A stretch of 64,000 nt of DNA from an uncultured Clostridia bacterium (GCA_947628815.1 CANRBJ010000002.1:3584-67583); one strand, 5' to 3'; shown: positions 27,003 through 34,597, numbered from the stretch's first letter. The notes: generated by a model from the letters alone, not told the origin. A program made the numbers and translations.

Positions 27003-27069
27003 AAAAAAATATGACTGACAGCCGGTGCACACTTTCGATATCTTTCAATAACGACGTAGCTGTCAATCA
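27003..27069 (-). terminator. Hairpin plus T7 run closing the RNA-gene cluster
   Basis: 11-bp stem (27012-27022 with 27059-27069). Its single odd pair is U-G on the minus strand but C-A on the plus strand. Followed on the minus strand by TA-TTTTTTT (27003-27009). The loop is long (36 nt). Confidence 0.45.
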
Positions 27070-27072
27070 TAA

Positions 27073-27148
27073 TGGTTGGGTCGGTAGGATTCGAACCTAC
27101 GTATGACGGAGTCAAAGTCCGTTGCCTTCACCTCTTGGCAACAACCCA
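27073..27148 (-). tRNA. tRNA-Gln (anticodon UUG), CCA encoded
   Basis: Cloverleaf TGGGTTG-TT-GCCAAGAGGTGAAGGC-A-ACGGA-CTTTGAC-TCCGT-CATAC-GTAGG-TTCGAAT-CCTAC-CGACCCA-A-CCA. Architecture is close to bacterial tRNA-Gln. Confidence 0.85.
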
Positions 27149-27149
27149 A

Positions 27150-28085
27150 TATAGTATAAATGGAATAATATATTACTGAGAACCATTTCCGTTAGGAGGA
27201 TATGGTTCACTTAGAAATCAGATAACCAATCTGCAAAGATACTTCATTCTCAAAGCATCTTTCGTCTTCTCAGCACCTAACTGACTATTCGCTGACCTAT
27301 CCCTACCCTACGCCTAGACATTAAATAAAGGGGTCTGCGTAGCCTTCTTCCTCATCCTGGTTAATTTCTCCTTGAGATAGGATTTATGATAATATGCTTG
27401 AACCTTTGTATAGTTGCATATTATCCGTCTGACTAATTTGGCCTGGAGATTAGCCAGACTATCTTACTTTTTGGTACCAGATAGGTGTCACTAAGTCTCT
27501 TACTTCTTACCATGGTTTCCCTATCTAGGTAAAAGATGTATCATAGCGTATTCATCTTTTACCAGTAACATAAGTTTTTAATGCATATCGATCACGCTAT
27601 CAATCCTCTGCATAGACTTTTGGAATAGGGTTCCTTCCAACAGGAGGAGCCCTTTAAAGTCCTACCCCTCTATGAGTAGTCAACCCATCAAGCTTATAGG
27701 GGTGATTGCTTGGAGTGTCTCTTTGTAGCAAGATACATTCGAAGAACTGGTTGCTTAACCGCCAACCGCGGGGGATAATTTTTGACTATAGGTACATCCC
27801 ATCACTTGTCTTACCTATGACAGACACTGCGCACGAAAGCGTCCCGTCCTACCTTTATCAATCTTTATAGAATTCGATATACGGGTTAGATTGATAGGCA
27901 TAGGACCTCCTTTGTAGAAGCTCGTATATCTAATACTTACGAATTTATCATACATATGCTTGATAGGTCATAATAAAGATATTTTAGAAAACTCTGTTAT
28001 TGATGTTCTAAAATCCTTTCTTGCAGAGCGTGGACTGCAGTTATCAGATGAGAAGACATACGAAGATAAATTCTTTATAGTAAAT
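27150..28085. ncRNA. ORF-free, helix-rich ~0.93 kb segment between two tRNA genes: candidate large structured RNA (strand unresolved)
   Basis: No ORF of 60 aa or more on either strand, and visibly more GC-rich than the flanks. At least 9 helices, for example 27388-27397/27416-27425 (10 bp perfect), 27427-27437/27449-27459, 27475-27485/27520-27531 and 27846-27863/27889-27906 (16 of 18 pairs). Confidence 0.45.
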
Positions 28086-28166
28086 TGCACCGTCGAGGAC
28101 TCGAACCTCGGACTAAAGACTGACTTGATGTAGTCTATTTGCTCTAACCAACTGAGCTAACGGTAC
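28086..28166 (-). tRNA. tRNA-like gene with canonical acceptor, D and T arms but an aberrant anticodon arm (10-nt loop)
   Basis: GTACCGT-TA-GCTC-AGTTGGTTA-GAGC...CGAGG-TTCGAGT-CCTCG-ACGGTGC-A. The 30 nt in between fold only as AGACT/AGTCT around ACATCAAGTC. AGTC is repeated three times. No CCA is encoded. Confidence 0.5.
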
Positions 28167-28188
28167 ATATAAATATCTTTTATTCTTC

Positions 28189-28203
28189 ATTATATAACGA
28201 ATC
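28189..28203 (-). promoter_or_regulatory. Phage promoter-motif copy (ATTCGTTA-TATAAT) upstream of the tRNA-like gene
   Basis: The hexamer ends 22 nt upstream of the tRNA-like 5' end (28166). Confidence 0.5.
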
Positions 28204-28284
28204 TAAAATTAAGTTATTATATAATGAAAGAATACCTAGATGGGCCTATCCGAGGTGCCCTCTATAGAATAAATCTTATTTTAT

Positions 28285-28313
28285 ATTATATAACGAATTG
28301 AATCAAATGTCAA
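28285..28313 (-). promoter_or_regulatory. Perfect sigma-A promoter TTGACA-17 nt-TATAAT that also contains the ATTCGTTA motif in its spacer
   Basis: On the minus strand, TTGACA (28313-28308), a 17-nt spacer ending in ATTCGTTA, then TATAAT (28290-28285). Confidence 0.7.
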
Positions 28314-28514
28314 TACCGAAATATAAATAAATTAAAATTAAATTCTATTTACTTAGGGTCTAGGTGTCTCCTATCATATCTCTTCACGGAAGATAGTACC
28401 GCCATCTGTTATCGCTATAGTGGCATCGTCTTTGTATCGAAAAGAGTCCGTCTAGTTTTGATCCTATTTATAAGGGTTAGGTGGAAACTAAAATAAAATC
28501 TGTATATCCCTTAG

Positions 28515-28583
28515 TAGAAATTATCAGGATTGAACTGATATCTTTCCTTGTAACAGGAATGCTTTTCTTTAAGCTAAATTTCC
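28515..28583 (-). tRNA. Short tRNA-like gene (69 nt) with a 6-nt anticodon loop and a D-loop lacking GG
   Basis: GGAAATT-TA-GCTT-AAAGAA-AAGC-A-TTCCT-GTTACA-AGGAA-AGAT-ATCAG-TTCAATC-CTGAT-AATTTCT-A. The T arm and acceptor are good, but the anticodon loop is 6 nt (or 8 nt with a 4-bp stem). Confidence 0.4.
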
Positions 28584-28630
28584 AGGTATCTCCGTCTTTC
28601 CGGAGTGTCATTGCGGTAGATCATATGTCT

Positions 28631-28891
28631 TTATGATAAATTGACCGGTGGATACACCGCTATGTTTATTGTGTCTGCTTCTGATATATTTTCTGGAACA
28701 GTGCCAAAAATTCTATCAAAATCTCTATTAAGATATTCTTTGGGAATTTGATGTGCCATCCCTCTCCAAAGCAGATAATGGTAACTTCCTTCCTCGTCCT
28801 GTCTATCTTCCCAAATAGCCACTATCTCATTGTGACTAATTATAGCATCTATTAATTTATCAACGGTACGAGGCTTTAATTTTTCTGTCAT
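28631..28891 (-). CDS. Hypothetical protein embedded in the RNA island
   Basis: 86-codon ORF with a TTGGAGGT RBS 8 nt upstream. Confidence 0.6.
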   Translation of the reverse strand: MTEKLKPRTVDKLIDAIISHNEIVAIWEDRQDEEGSYHYLLWRGMAHQIPKEYLNRDFDRIFGTVPENISEADTINIAVYPPVNLS

Positions 28892-28924
28892 TTTAAGATA
28901 CCTCCAATTTCAGGTTACTCTATA

Positions 28925-28940
28925 CTACATAACGAACTCG
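28925..28940 (-). promoter_or_regulatory. Phage promoter-motif variant (AGTTCGTTA-TGTAGT)
   Basis: Variant motif 34 nt upstream of the 28891 start. Confidence 0.3.
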
Positions 28941-29003
28941 AAGAATAGTAAGTCCGGACGAATCATATTTTTCTGTAGAATTTATCGTCATTTTCTACTT
29001 AAA

Positions 29004-29448
29004 TGGTGGACCTGAGGGGAGTCGAACCCCTGTCCAAAACGACTATAACTAAGAAACCTTTTTACGCAATAGACGATATTTTGTCACAAGAGTTCGTCAT
29101 TCTCTTGATCCTTATTTCTCTTCGTGTGTGACATATTCCGAAGTGACCTATTATAAGATCAATTGGGGCGCAAAGGTTGCACCACTCCACCACTCATTTT
29201 CTAAGAGCTAATGAGAAACCTTGTTGCTATCTCTATCTTTGAACCTCATATGTTTACCGAGAAGCAGGTACATAGTTTTGGTACCCTTAATTGCTGTTAG
29301 GCTGCTACCTTTCTTGCTGAAAGAGCTGCAATAGCAGCGGGGTGAATTGTAACAACTTTGTCAGTTATTTTAAAATTGCTCCGTAAAGTGGTAGCATACT
29401 TGCGAGTTTCAAAAGCTTAATTCGCCCTGTCGAAACCGATACAGGCCC
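29004..29448 (-). ncRNA. ssrA: tmRNA (transfer-messenger RNA), 445 nt
   Basis: 5' end GGGCCTGTATCGGTTTCGACAGGG and 3' end GGACAGGGGTTCGACTCCCCTCAGGTCCACCA. The acceptor stem has the G3-U70 alanine identity pair. The internal tag frame ends ...RKVAA-TAA (stop at 29299-29297). Confidence 0.85.
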
Positions 29449-29598
29449 ATTTAAAACGACTATTTTATTAGCCGTCCTCTTCTGGTAGCATACAAAGCAT
29501 AATTACAACCTCCTTATTAATTAAATCTACATTATTTTATTCGGAAATGACTAATAGATTCATCTAAGGAACTATTAGACTTCTAATGTATCAATCCT

Positions 29599-29994
29599 TT
29601 ACAAAGTTTCTAATATGCTGTAATTCTGATCTTGGCAATAATGCTCCATAGCTAATTTAAGGCAATCTGATTGAAGATACAATTTATCATCTATTTTATC
29701 CCATTCTGGATATGAATGATTTATGTATTCTAGATACGAATGATGTCTGTATAAAGTATATCTAGAAAATTGATTACGCTCAATAGCATAACGAGCTAAT
29801 ATTCCAGAATTTCCTTTAGTAGTAATAGAATGAGCTATTTCTCGTGCGTGGGAAATATCAGAACCTATCGGAATCATTCTTTGAACTATAAATATTCGCT
29901 TATCTTGATATTTATTGATGGATAACATAGCTGATAATATCATCAAATTAGATTTATCTCCTTGATTCATCACTACAACTCTATAAGGTGACAT
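29599..29994 (-). CDS. Hypothetical protein
   Basis: 131-codon ORF downstream of two tandem promoter-motif copies. Confidence 0.6.
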   Translation of the reverse strand: MSPYRVVVMNQGDKSNLMILSAMLSINKYQDKRIFIVQRMIPIGSDISHAREIAHSITTKGNSGILARYAIERNQFSRYTLYRHHSYLEYINHSYPEWDKIDDKLYLQSDCLKLAMEHYCQDQNYSILETL

Positions 29995-30028
29995 ATCAGA
30001 TCCTGCTTTCTAATTAATTTATCTCTGT

Positions 30029-30043
30029 ATTATATAACGAATT
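30029..30043 (-). promoter_or_regulatory. Phage promoter-motif copy (ATTCGTTA-TATAAT)
   Basis: 35 nt upstream of the 29994 start. Confidence 0.5.
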
Positions 30044-30098
30044 TAAAATATGAGTAAGGAATAAAATATAAGCCCTTGAGCATCTAACATGCGGTTGT

Positions 30099-30113
30099 AT
30101 TCTATAACGATTT
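30099..30113 (-). promoter_or_regulatory. Phage promoter-motif copy (AATCGTTA-TAGAAT)
   Basis: In tandem with 30029-30043. Overlaps the stop of the S1-domain gene. Confidence 0.45.
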
Positions 30114-30531
30114 ATTTACGCCTATTGGAATTTATATTCTTCTTACTCTGCATCTTATCGTGATAAGCCCTATTAGCATCTTCTATCATCTCATCTAATG
30201 ACTTATTATGTCTAATTTTGGGTGTGTATGCAGTAGGTATATGGGACACCATCCTACCTGCATCTTTATCAGTGTTCATCTCCTTCTTAGATCTGATATT
30301 TAAATGAATCAATGATAATTCTGCACCCCGTATCTCGCTTTCTACTGCCTTGGCTGTGAGAACCTCCCCCATTGATACAAAATCAGATACATCTGATACA
30401 AATTTAGAAGATATCTTTGAAAGGTGAATAAATTCAGTATTATCTGATTCTTCAGATAATATGCGTACGACGATACCCTTAGAAAGCATTCTTACTACTT
30501 TTACTTCATATTCTTTACCAACTACTAACAT
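30112..30531 (-). CDS. S1 RNA-binding-domain protein
   Basis: VGKEYEVKVVRMLSKGIVVRIL...EFIHLSKISSKFVSDVSDFVSMGEVLTAKAV fits the S1/OB fold pattern. The C-terminal tail is basic. Confidence 0.65.
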   Translation of the reverse strand: MLVVGKEYEVKVVRMLSKGIVVRILSEESDNTEFIHLSKISSKFVSDVSDFVSMGEVLTAKAVESEIRGAELSLIHLNIRSKKEMNTDKDAGRMVSHIPTAYTPKIRHNKSLDEMIEDANRAYHDKMQSKKNINSNRRK

Positions 30532-30563
30532 ATATTGTATCTCTACCTCTTTCTTAAATTATG

Positions 30564-32393
30564 TTATATAGATAGAAGGTTATTAGATAAATAATGAATA
30601 GATTTCTTAGAAGCTTCAGATGAATCGCATGGATTTACTCCTGCAAATATGAATTGCATGTTATCTTGAGTACTTAGAGCTTCCATAAGAATATTCATCC
30701 TATCATTATCTAGGTGATCAAACATATCATCGACCATAATTAGCTTAAGAGAGGACTTGCATCTTTCTACTAAGCATATCATAAGAGATAGGGCGTATAC
30801 ACATTTTTCTCCGCTGGATAGGAGATCATATGGGATATATCTGCCCTCTTTTTCTACCCCAAAACTGAAGCTGTTAGCCTTATTGCTCAAATTGAATCTT
30901 GCCATAACATCATCAGAAGCAAACAACTTCTTAAGGTATATACTAATATCTTCCTGCAGATTCATGAAGGGATATTCCATAAGCTTTGTTTGAAGATTAT
31001 TTGCGTCAGTTTTCTTCACCCAACTGTTAATTAAAGCAATAGATTGCTCAAGCTTATATTTCTCAACTGTAAGCTGATCAATAAGTTTATTGTACCTTTC
31101 GTTTGCTTCCATCTTAATAATTACATCCGTCAGAGATTTAATCTCCTCTGAGATCTTCTCTATATCCTGAATATCATCAGGTACGTCCTTTGTTCTTTCT
31201 AGAATTTCTAGCAACTTGCCCTTTCTGGCGTATCTATTTGCTATATCTTGAGCGTGATCACTAAAATTCATAAAATCTTTCTTGGCCTCAATGAGATCAG
31301 CATTCTTATTACTTATATTAGAATCGAGTTCGCTTAGCTCTTTTTTGAGACCTGTTACCTTTTCTTTATACTTATCTATAATATCTGAAATTCTATCACA
31401 AGGCGTTTTTAATATTGGACAAGTTGAATTATTTATCATTCTTGATATTGATAATATTTCTGAAGAAATATTATCTTTTCTTCCCATCATATCCTTCAAC
31501 TCATCAGTAAGTTTAGAAATAGTAGCATCTGAGGCTCTTGCACATTCGAGATATTTAATATATTCCACGTCATTATCTGCCGAATCAAATGGAGCTGATA
31601 TAGTAGCGAGTTCATCTTTGGCCTTGTTGCGCTCTTTAATCTTTAAGTTATTCTCACTTGCCTTAGATTGTATATTTTGCAGAGAAGATAATTTTTCCCT
31701 TAATTCTTCCAAAGTGTATTCTGATAGATCTGATATATCATCATGATACACCAAAGATTGAATCGTGGATTGATGTCTTGATAATTCAGTCTTTTTAAAA
31801 GATAATAGTTGTTTCATGTAAGTATTCCCAGCAGCAACTTCTTCCGCTCCGCCTACTACTCCAGATTGTTTAATACCTGCCAAGATAGTTGGTATTAAAT
31901 CCTTATCCCTGATTTCATCATCTGATACAAGAATATCATTCCAATCAATAGACTGATCAGATTTTGGAAGGAATTTAATAAACCAAGCTTTAAGTTGATT
32001 TGCTGTCATTCCTACGAAATCATTAAAATTAAATACTGGAAGCTCCATTTCCTCTAGGATTGATCTGATGTCATAGTCTTCTGGAACAATCTCCATAGAA
32101 GCTTTTATGCTTCCAGGCTTACCGGACCATTTACGTCTAACTGTAACAGCCCTACCATCATCGTCCAGCCTTATTTCTACAATCATAGGGCTACCGCTTG
32201 AGTGACTGAAAATAGATTCATTTGTTTTATTAGTACCGGGAATATAACCAAGTAGGGCTAGTTGAATGGCCTGAAGAATAGTAGATTTTCCAGCTCCATT
32301 AGGTCCTACAAAATAAGTCATGCCGGAATTCAAATGAATGATTTCTTCTGTCGTCTTGTGCATATTCTTGATATAGATTGATTGAATTTTCAT
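30564..32393 (-). CDS. SbcC/Rad50-like SMC-family ATPase
   Basis: Walker A FVGPNGAGKSTILQAI, a long central coiled-coil, signature LSSGEKCV, and Walker B LIMVDDMFDHLD. Confidence 0.7.
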   Translation of the reverse strand: MKIQSIYIKNMHKTTEEIIHLNSGMTYFVGPNGAGKSTILQAIQLALLGYIPGTNKTNESIFSHSSGSPMIVEIRLDDDGRAVTVRRKWSGKPGSIKASMEIVPEDYDIRSILEEMELPVFNFNDFVGMTANQLKAWFIKFLPKSDQSIDWNDILVSDDEIRDKDLIPTILAGIKQSGVVGGAEEVAAGNTYMKQLLSFKKTELSRHQSTIQSLVYHDDISDLSEYTLEELREKLSSLQNIQSKASENNLKIKERNKAKDELATISAPFDSADNDVEYIKYLECARASDATISKLTDELKDMMGRKDNISSEILSISRMINNSTCPILKTPCDRISDIIDKYKEKVTGLKKELSELDSNISNKNADLIEAKKDFMNFSDHAQDIANRYARKGKLLEILERTKDVPDDIQDIEKISEEIKSLTDVIIKMEANERYNKLIDQLTVEKYKLEQSIALINSWVKKTDANNLQTKLMEYPFMNLQEDISIYLKKLFASDDVMARFNLSNKANSFSFGVEKEGRYIPYDLLSSGEKCVYALSLMICLVERCKSSLKLIMVDDMFDHLDNDRMNILMEALSTQDNMQFIFAGVNPCDSSEASKKSIHYLSNNLLSI

Positions 32394-32429
32394 AGTTTAT
32401 ACTCTCTTTCATGATAGATATTTATTTGA

Positions 32430-32444
32430 TATATTAAACGAATT
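32430..32444 (-). promoter_or_regulatory. Phage promoter-motif variant (ATTCGTTT-AATATA)
   Basis: Variant motif 37 nt upstream of the 32393 start. Confidence 0.3.
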
Positions 32445-32497
32445 TAAGTATTCGGGTAACATATTTATAATACATATATTATTACTTCATTTTCTGC

Positions 32498-32929
32498 TCA
32501 TTTTAATCTGACCCATCTTCTTCTGTTATTATCACCAAATTTATACATCCATATCCCTCGTACAAGATTATCTGTACGTACTTTAACCACATCATATTGA
32601 TCTGTAGAATCGTATAGTTCTTCATAGAATCTATTCCATATAAGATGAGTAACCAGACGAATTCTATCATGATTTTTTCTATGATGGATGTCTGGAAATA
32701 CAGTTATAGCCGGAATATCAAATATCTGATTTTCATAATCATTATTGTAACTTAGGGCATCTATTAAAAGATATGCCTCCTTTTCATCTTTGGTTATTTG
32801 ACCTATTACATCCAAAGGAGATACTCCAATGCATACTACATATTCTATCTTGGAGCAATCTTTTCTACCTGAAATATATTTAGAATAGGCACATAGAAAT
32901 TGTTTAGTCAACCTAGAAGCTTTATTCAT
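32498..32929 (-). CDS. Hypothetical protein
   Basis: 143-codon ORF between the helicase and the SMC-like ATPase. Confidence 0.55.
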   Translation of the reverse strand: MNKASRLTKQFLCAYSKYISGRKDCSKIEYVVCIGVSPLDVIGQITKDEKEAYLLIDALSYNNDYENQIFDIPAITVFPDIHHRKNHDRIRLVTHLIWNRFYEELYDSTDQYDVVKVRTDNLVRGIWMYKFGDNNRRRWVRLK

Positions 32930-32932
32930 ATG

Positions 32933-34597
32933 TTAATCCTCCTTTTCATAGCATCTGAATACTTTTAGATGTTTCTTAGCTCTGGTGATTCCTACATAAA
33001 ATAAATTAAAATTTTCTTCATTACTAAGTCGGAATTTCCGGCTACCTACTCCTAAAAGATACACATTATCAAATTCCAATCCCTTAGAAGAGTGTATAGT
33101 CCCCACATATACCTCAGATTTCTTCTGATTATTTATCATAGAAATAAGGTATTCGCAGCAGTCTTTTACAGTACAACACTCAGAATCATCTAAGGGTTCT
33201 TCTAATTTGACCCCTAATGTATTTAATATATCTACCATTCTTGAAAGCTTCGAAGATTTATCCCTTCTTAGAAATATCTTTCTTACTTCAGATACAGCAA
33301 TCAACCTTTTGGATATCTCATAGGTAGAACCATAGTAGTGAATAAATACTTCCTTTGGAGTTCTTTCTTCTGATTCTATGGCGACATTTCTTATGTACTC
33401 TGAAAACCTATTAGAGTCTAGGAAAGTGGATAACCAATTTATCATATAAGAATCATCTGTAACAGATCTGAGTATATTGATACAATCAGAGTTATCATGA
33501 TTGGTAGAACAACAAATACCTTTAGATCTCAGATAGTTTACAGATAATTCTACTTCGCTATTAGTTCTTGCTAATACTGCATAATTACCATCTCTGGTAC
33601 CAGACTGAATATCTTTCACTACTGCTGATATTTCGTCTAAATTTATAATTTTGTCGAAATCATATTCATGACTCATGTATTCTTCTACATCACCACTGTC
33701 TAATATGTTATCTTTATCGGAATTAATAGCAATTCTATAACTTGGATCAGCATATTTACTATTTACATTAGCATATTCACAGATAGATCGTGTAGAACGA
33801 TAATTCTGATACAATTTGACTGTACTCCATTCTTTATCTTCTGCTAATGACATAATTATAGAACTATCTGCGCCTCTAAAAGAATAGATGCTCTGGAGAG
33901 CGTCGCCAACTACGAATAATTTAGAATCTTTAAAGGAACTTATGAACTCATACTGACGAGGGTCAGTATCTTGAAATTCATCCACAAAGATATATTTATA
34001 TTGATCTTTATATTGCAACACAGTTGGGTCATCTGAATTGAATAGCTCGCATACCTTATAACATAACTGATCAAATGTAATGAGATTTGCTGCATGATAA
34101 AGTCGGTAAAGGCACTTACTATATATCTTAATGGCTTGCTCATCTTTCATGTCTAATACTTTTGATCCACCATTTAACTTCTTATCTGATATCTTTATAC
34201 CACATTGCATTTTTGCTTGCATACTTAGCTTTCTACTTTCTTCATTAGAGGCTATCTTAGGTATCTTAAAGTACCCCAACTTCTTTCTCACTTCTAAGTC
34301 TTTAGATATTAGAGAGTAGCAGAAACTGTGGAATGTACGAAATTCAGGATATTTAGGTCCTGTATTTTGCCTCATGTATCTTTCCTTCATTTCAAAAGCC
34401 GCCGCATTAGTAAATGTAAGTACTAATATACTAGATGGGTCAATTCCAGAATTGACTATTCTTGTCAGCCTAGATACCATACAGAACGTCTTACCAGTAC
34501 CTGCACCAGCCAAACACAATATCTTATTCGCTTCTAAGTCTACCGCTTTTTGCTGTTGATCATTCAGACCTAATCTATTAACTACAGCATTTGTCAT
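32933..34597 (-). CDS. UvrD/PcrA/Rep-family (SF1) DNA helicase
   Basis: Motif I LAGAGTGKTF, motif II IFVDEFQDT, motif III VGDALQSIYSFRGA, motif VI TIHSSKGLEFDNVYLLG. Confidence 0.85.
   Translation of the reverse strand: MTNAVVNRLGLNDQQQKAVDLEANKILCLAGAGTGKTFCMVSRLTRIVNSGIDPSSILVLTFTNAAAFEMKERYMRQNTGPKYPEFRTFHSFCYSLISKDLEVRKKLGYFKIPKIASNEESRKLSMQAKMQCGIKISDKKLNGGSKVLDMKDEQAIKIYSKCLYRLYHAANLITFDQLCYKVCELFNSDDPTVLQYKDQYKYIFVDEFQDTDPRQYEFISSFKDSKLFVVGDALQSIYSFRGADSSIIMSLAEDKEWSTVKLYQNYRSTRSICEYANVNSKYADPSYRIAINSDKDNILDSGDVEEYMSHEYDFDKIINLDEISAVVKDIQSGTRDGNYAVLARTNSEVELSVNYLRSKGICCSTNHDNSDCINILRSVTDDSYMINWLSTFLDSNRFSEYIRNVAIESEERTPKEVFIHYYGSTYEISKRLIAVSEVRKIFLRRDKSSKLSRMVDILNTLGVKLEEPLDDSECCTVKDCCEYLISMINNQKKSEVYVGTIHSSKGLEFDNVYLLGVGSRKFRLSNEENFNLFYVGITRAKKHLKVFRCYEKED

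Noticed and set aside
27150-28085. RNase P RNA, 6S RNA, or an intact group II intron (domain V) in the ORF-free segment.
   Set aside because: I looked for the P4-type GAGGAAAGUCC and GGCUUACAGAA-type strings, and for a 34-nt domain V hairpin with an AGC triad and GNRA loop, on both strands. Only a loose AAAGTCC (27655-27661) and a weak GCGC-ACGAAA-GCGT hairpin were found, with no convincing match.
27150-28085. Stop-codon recoding (suppressor tRNAs plus an apparently interrupted RT reading frame) as an explanation for the missing ORF.
   Set aside because: The RT-like frames are interrupted by all three stop codons and by frame changes. Every other gene in the window reads normally with the standard code.
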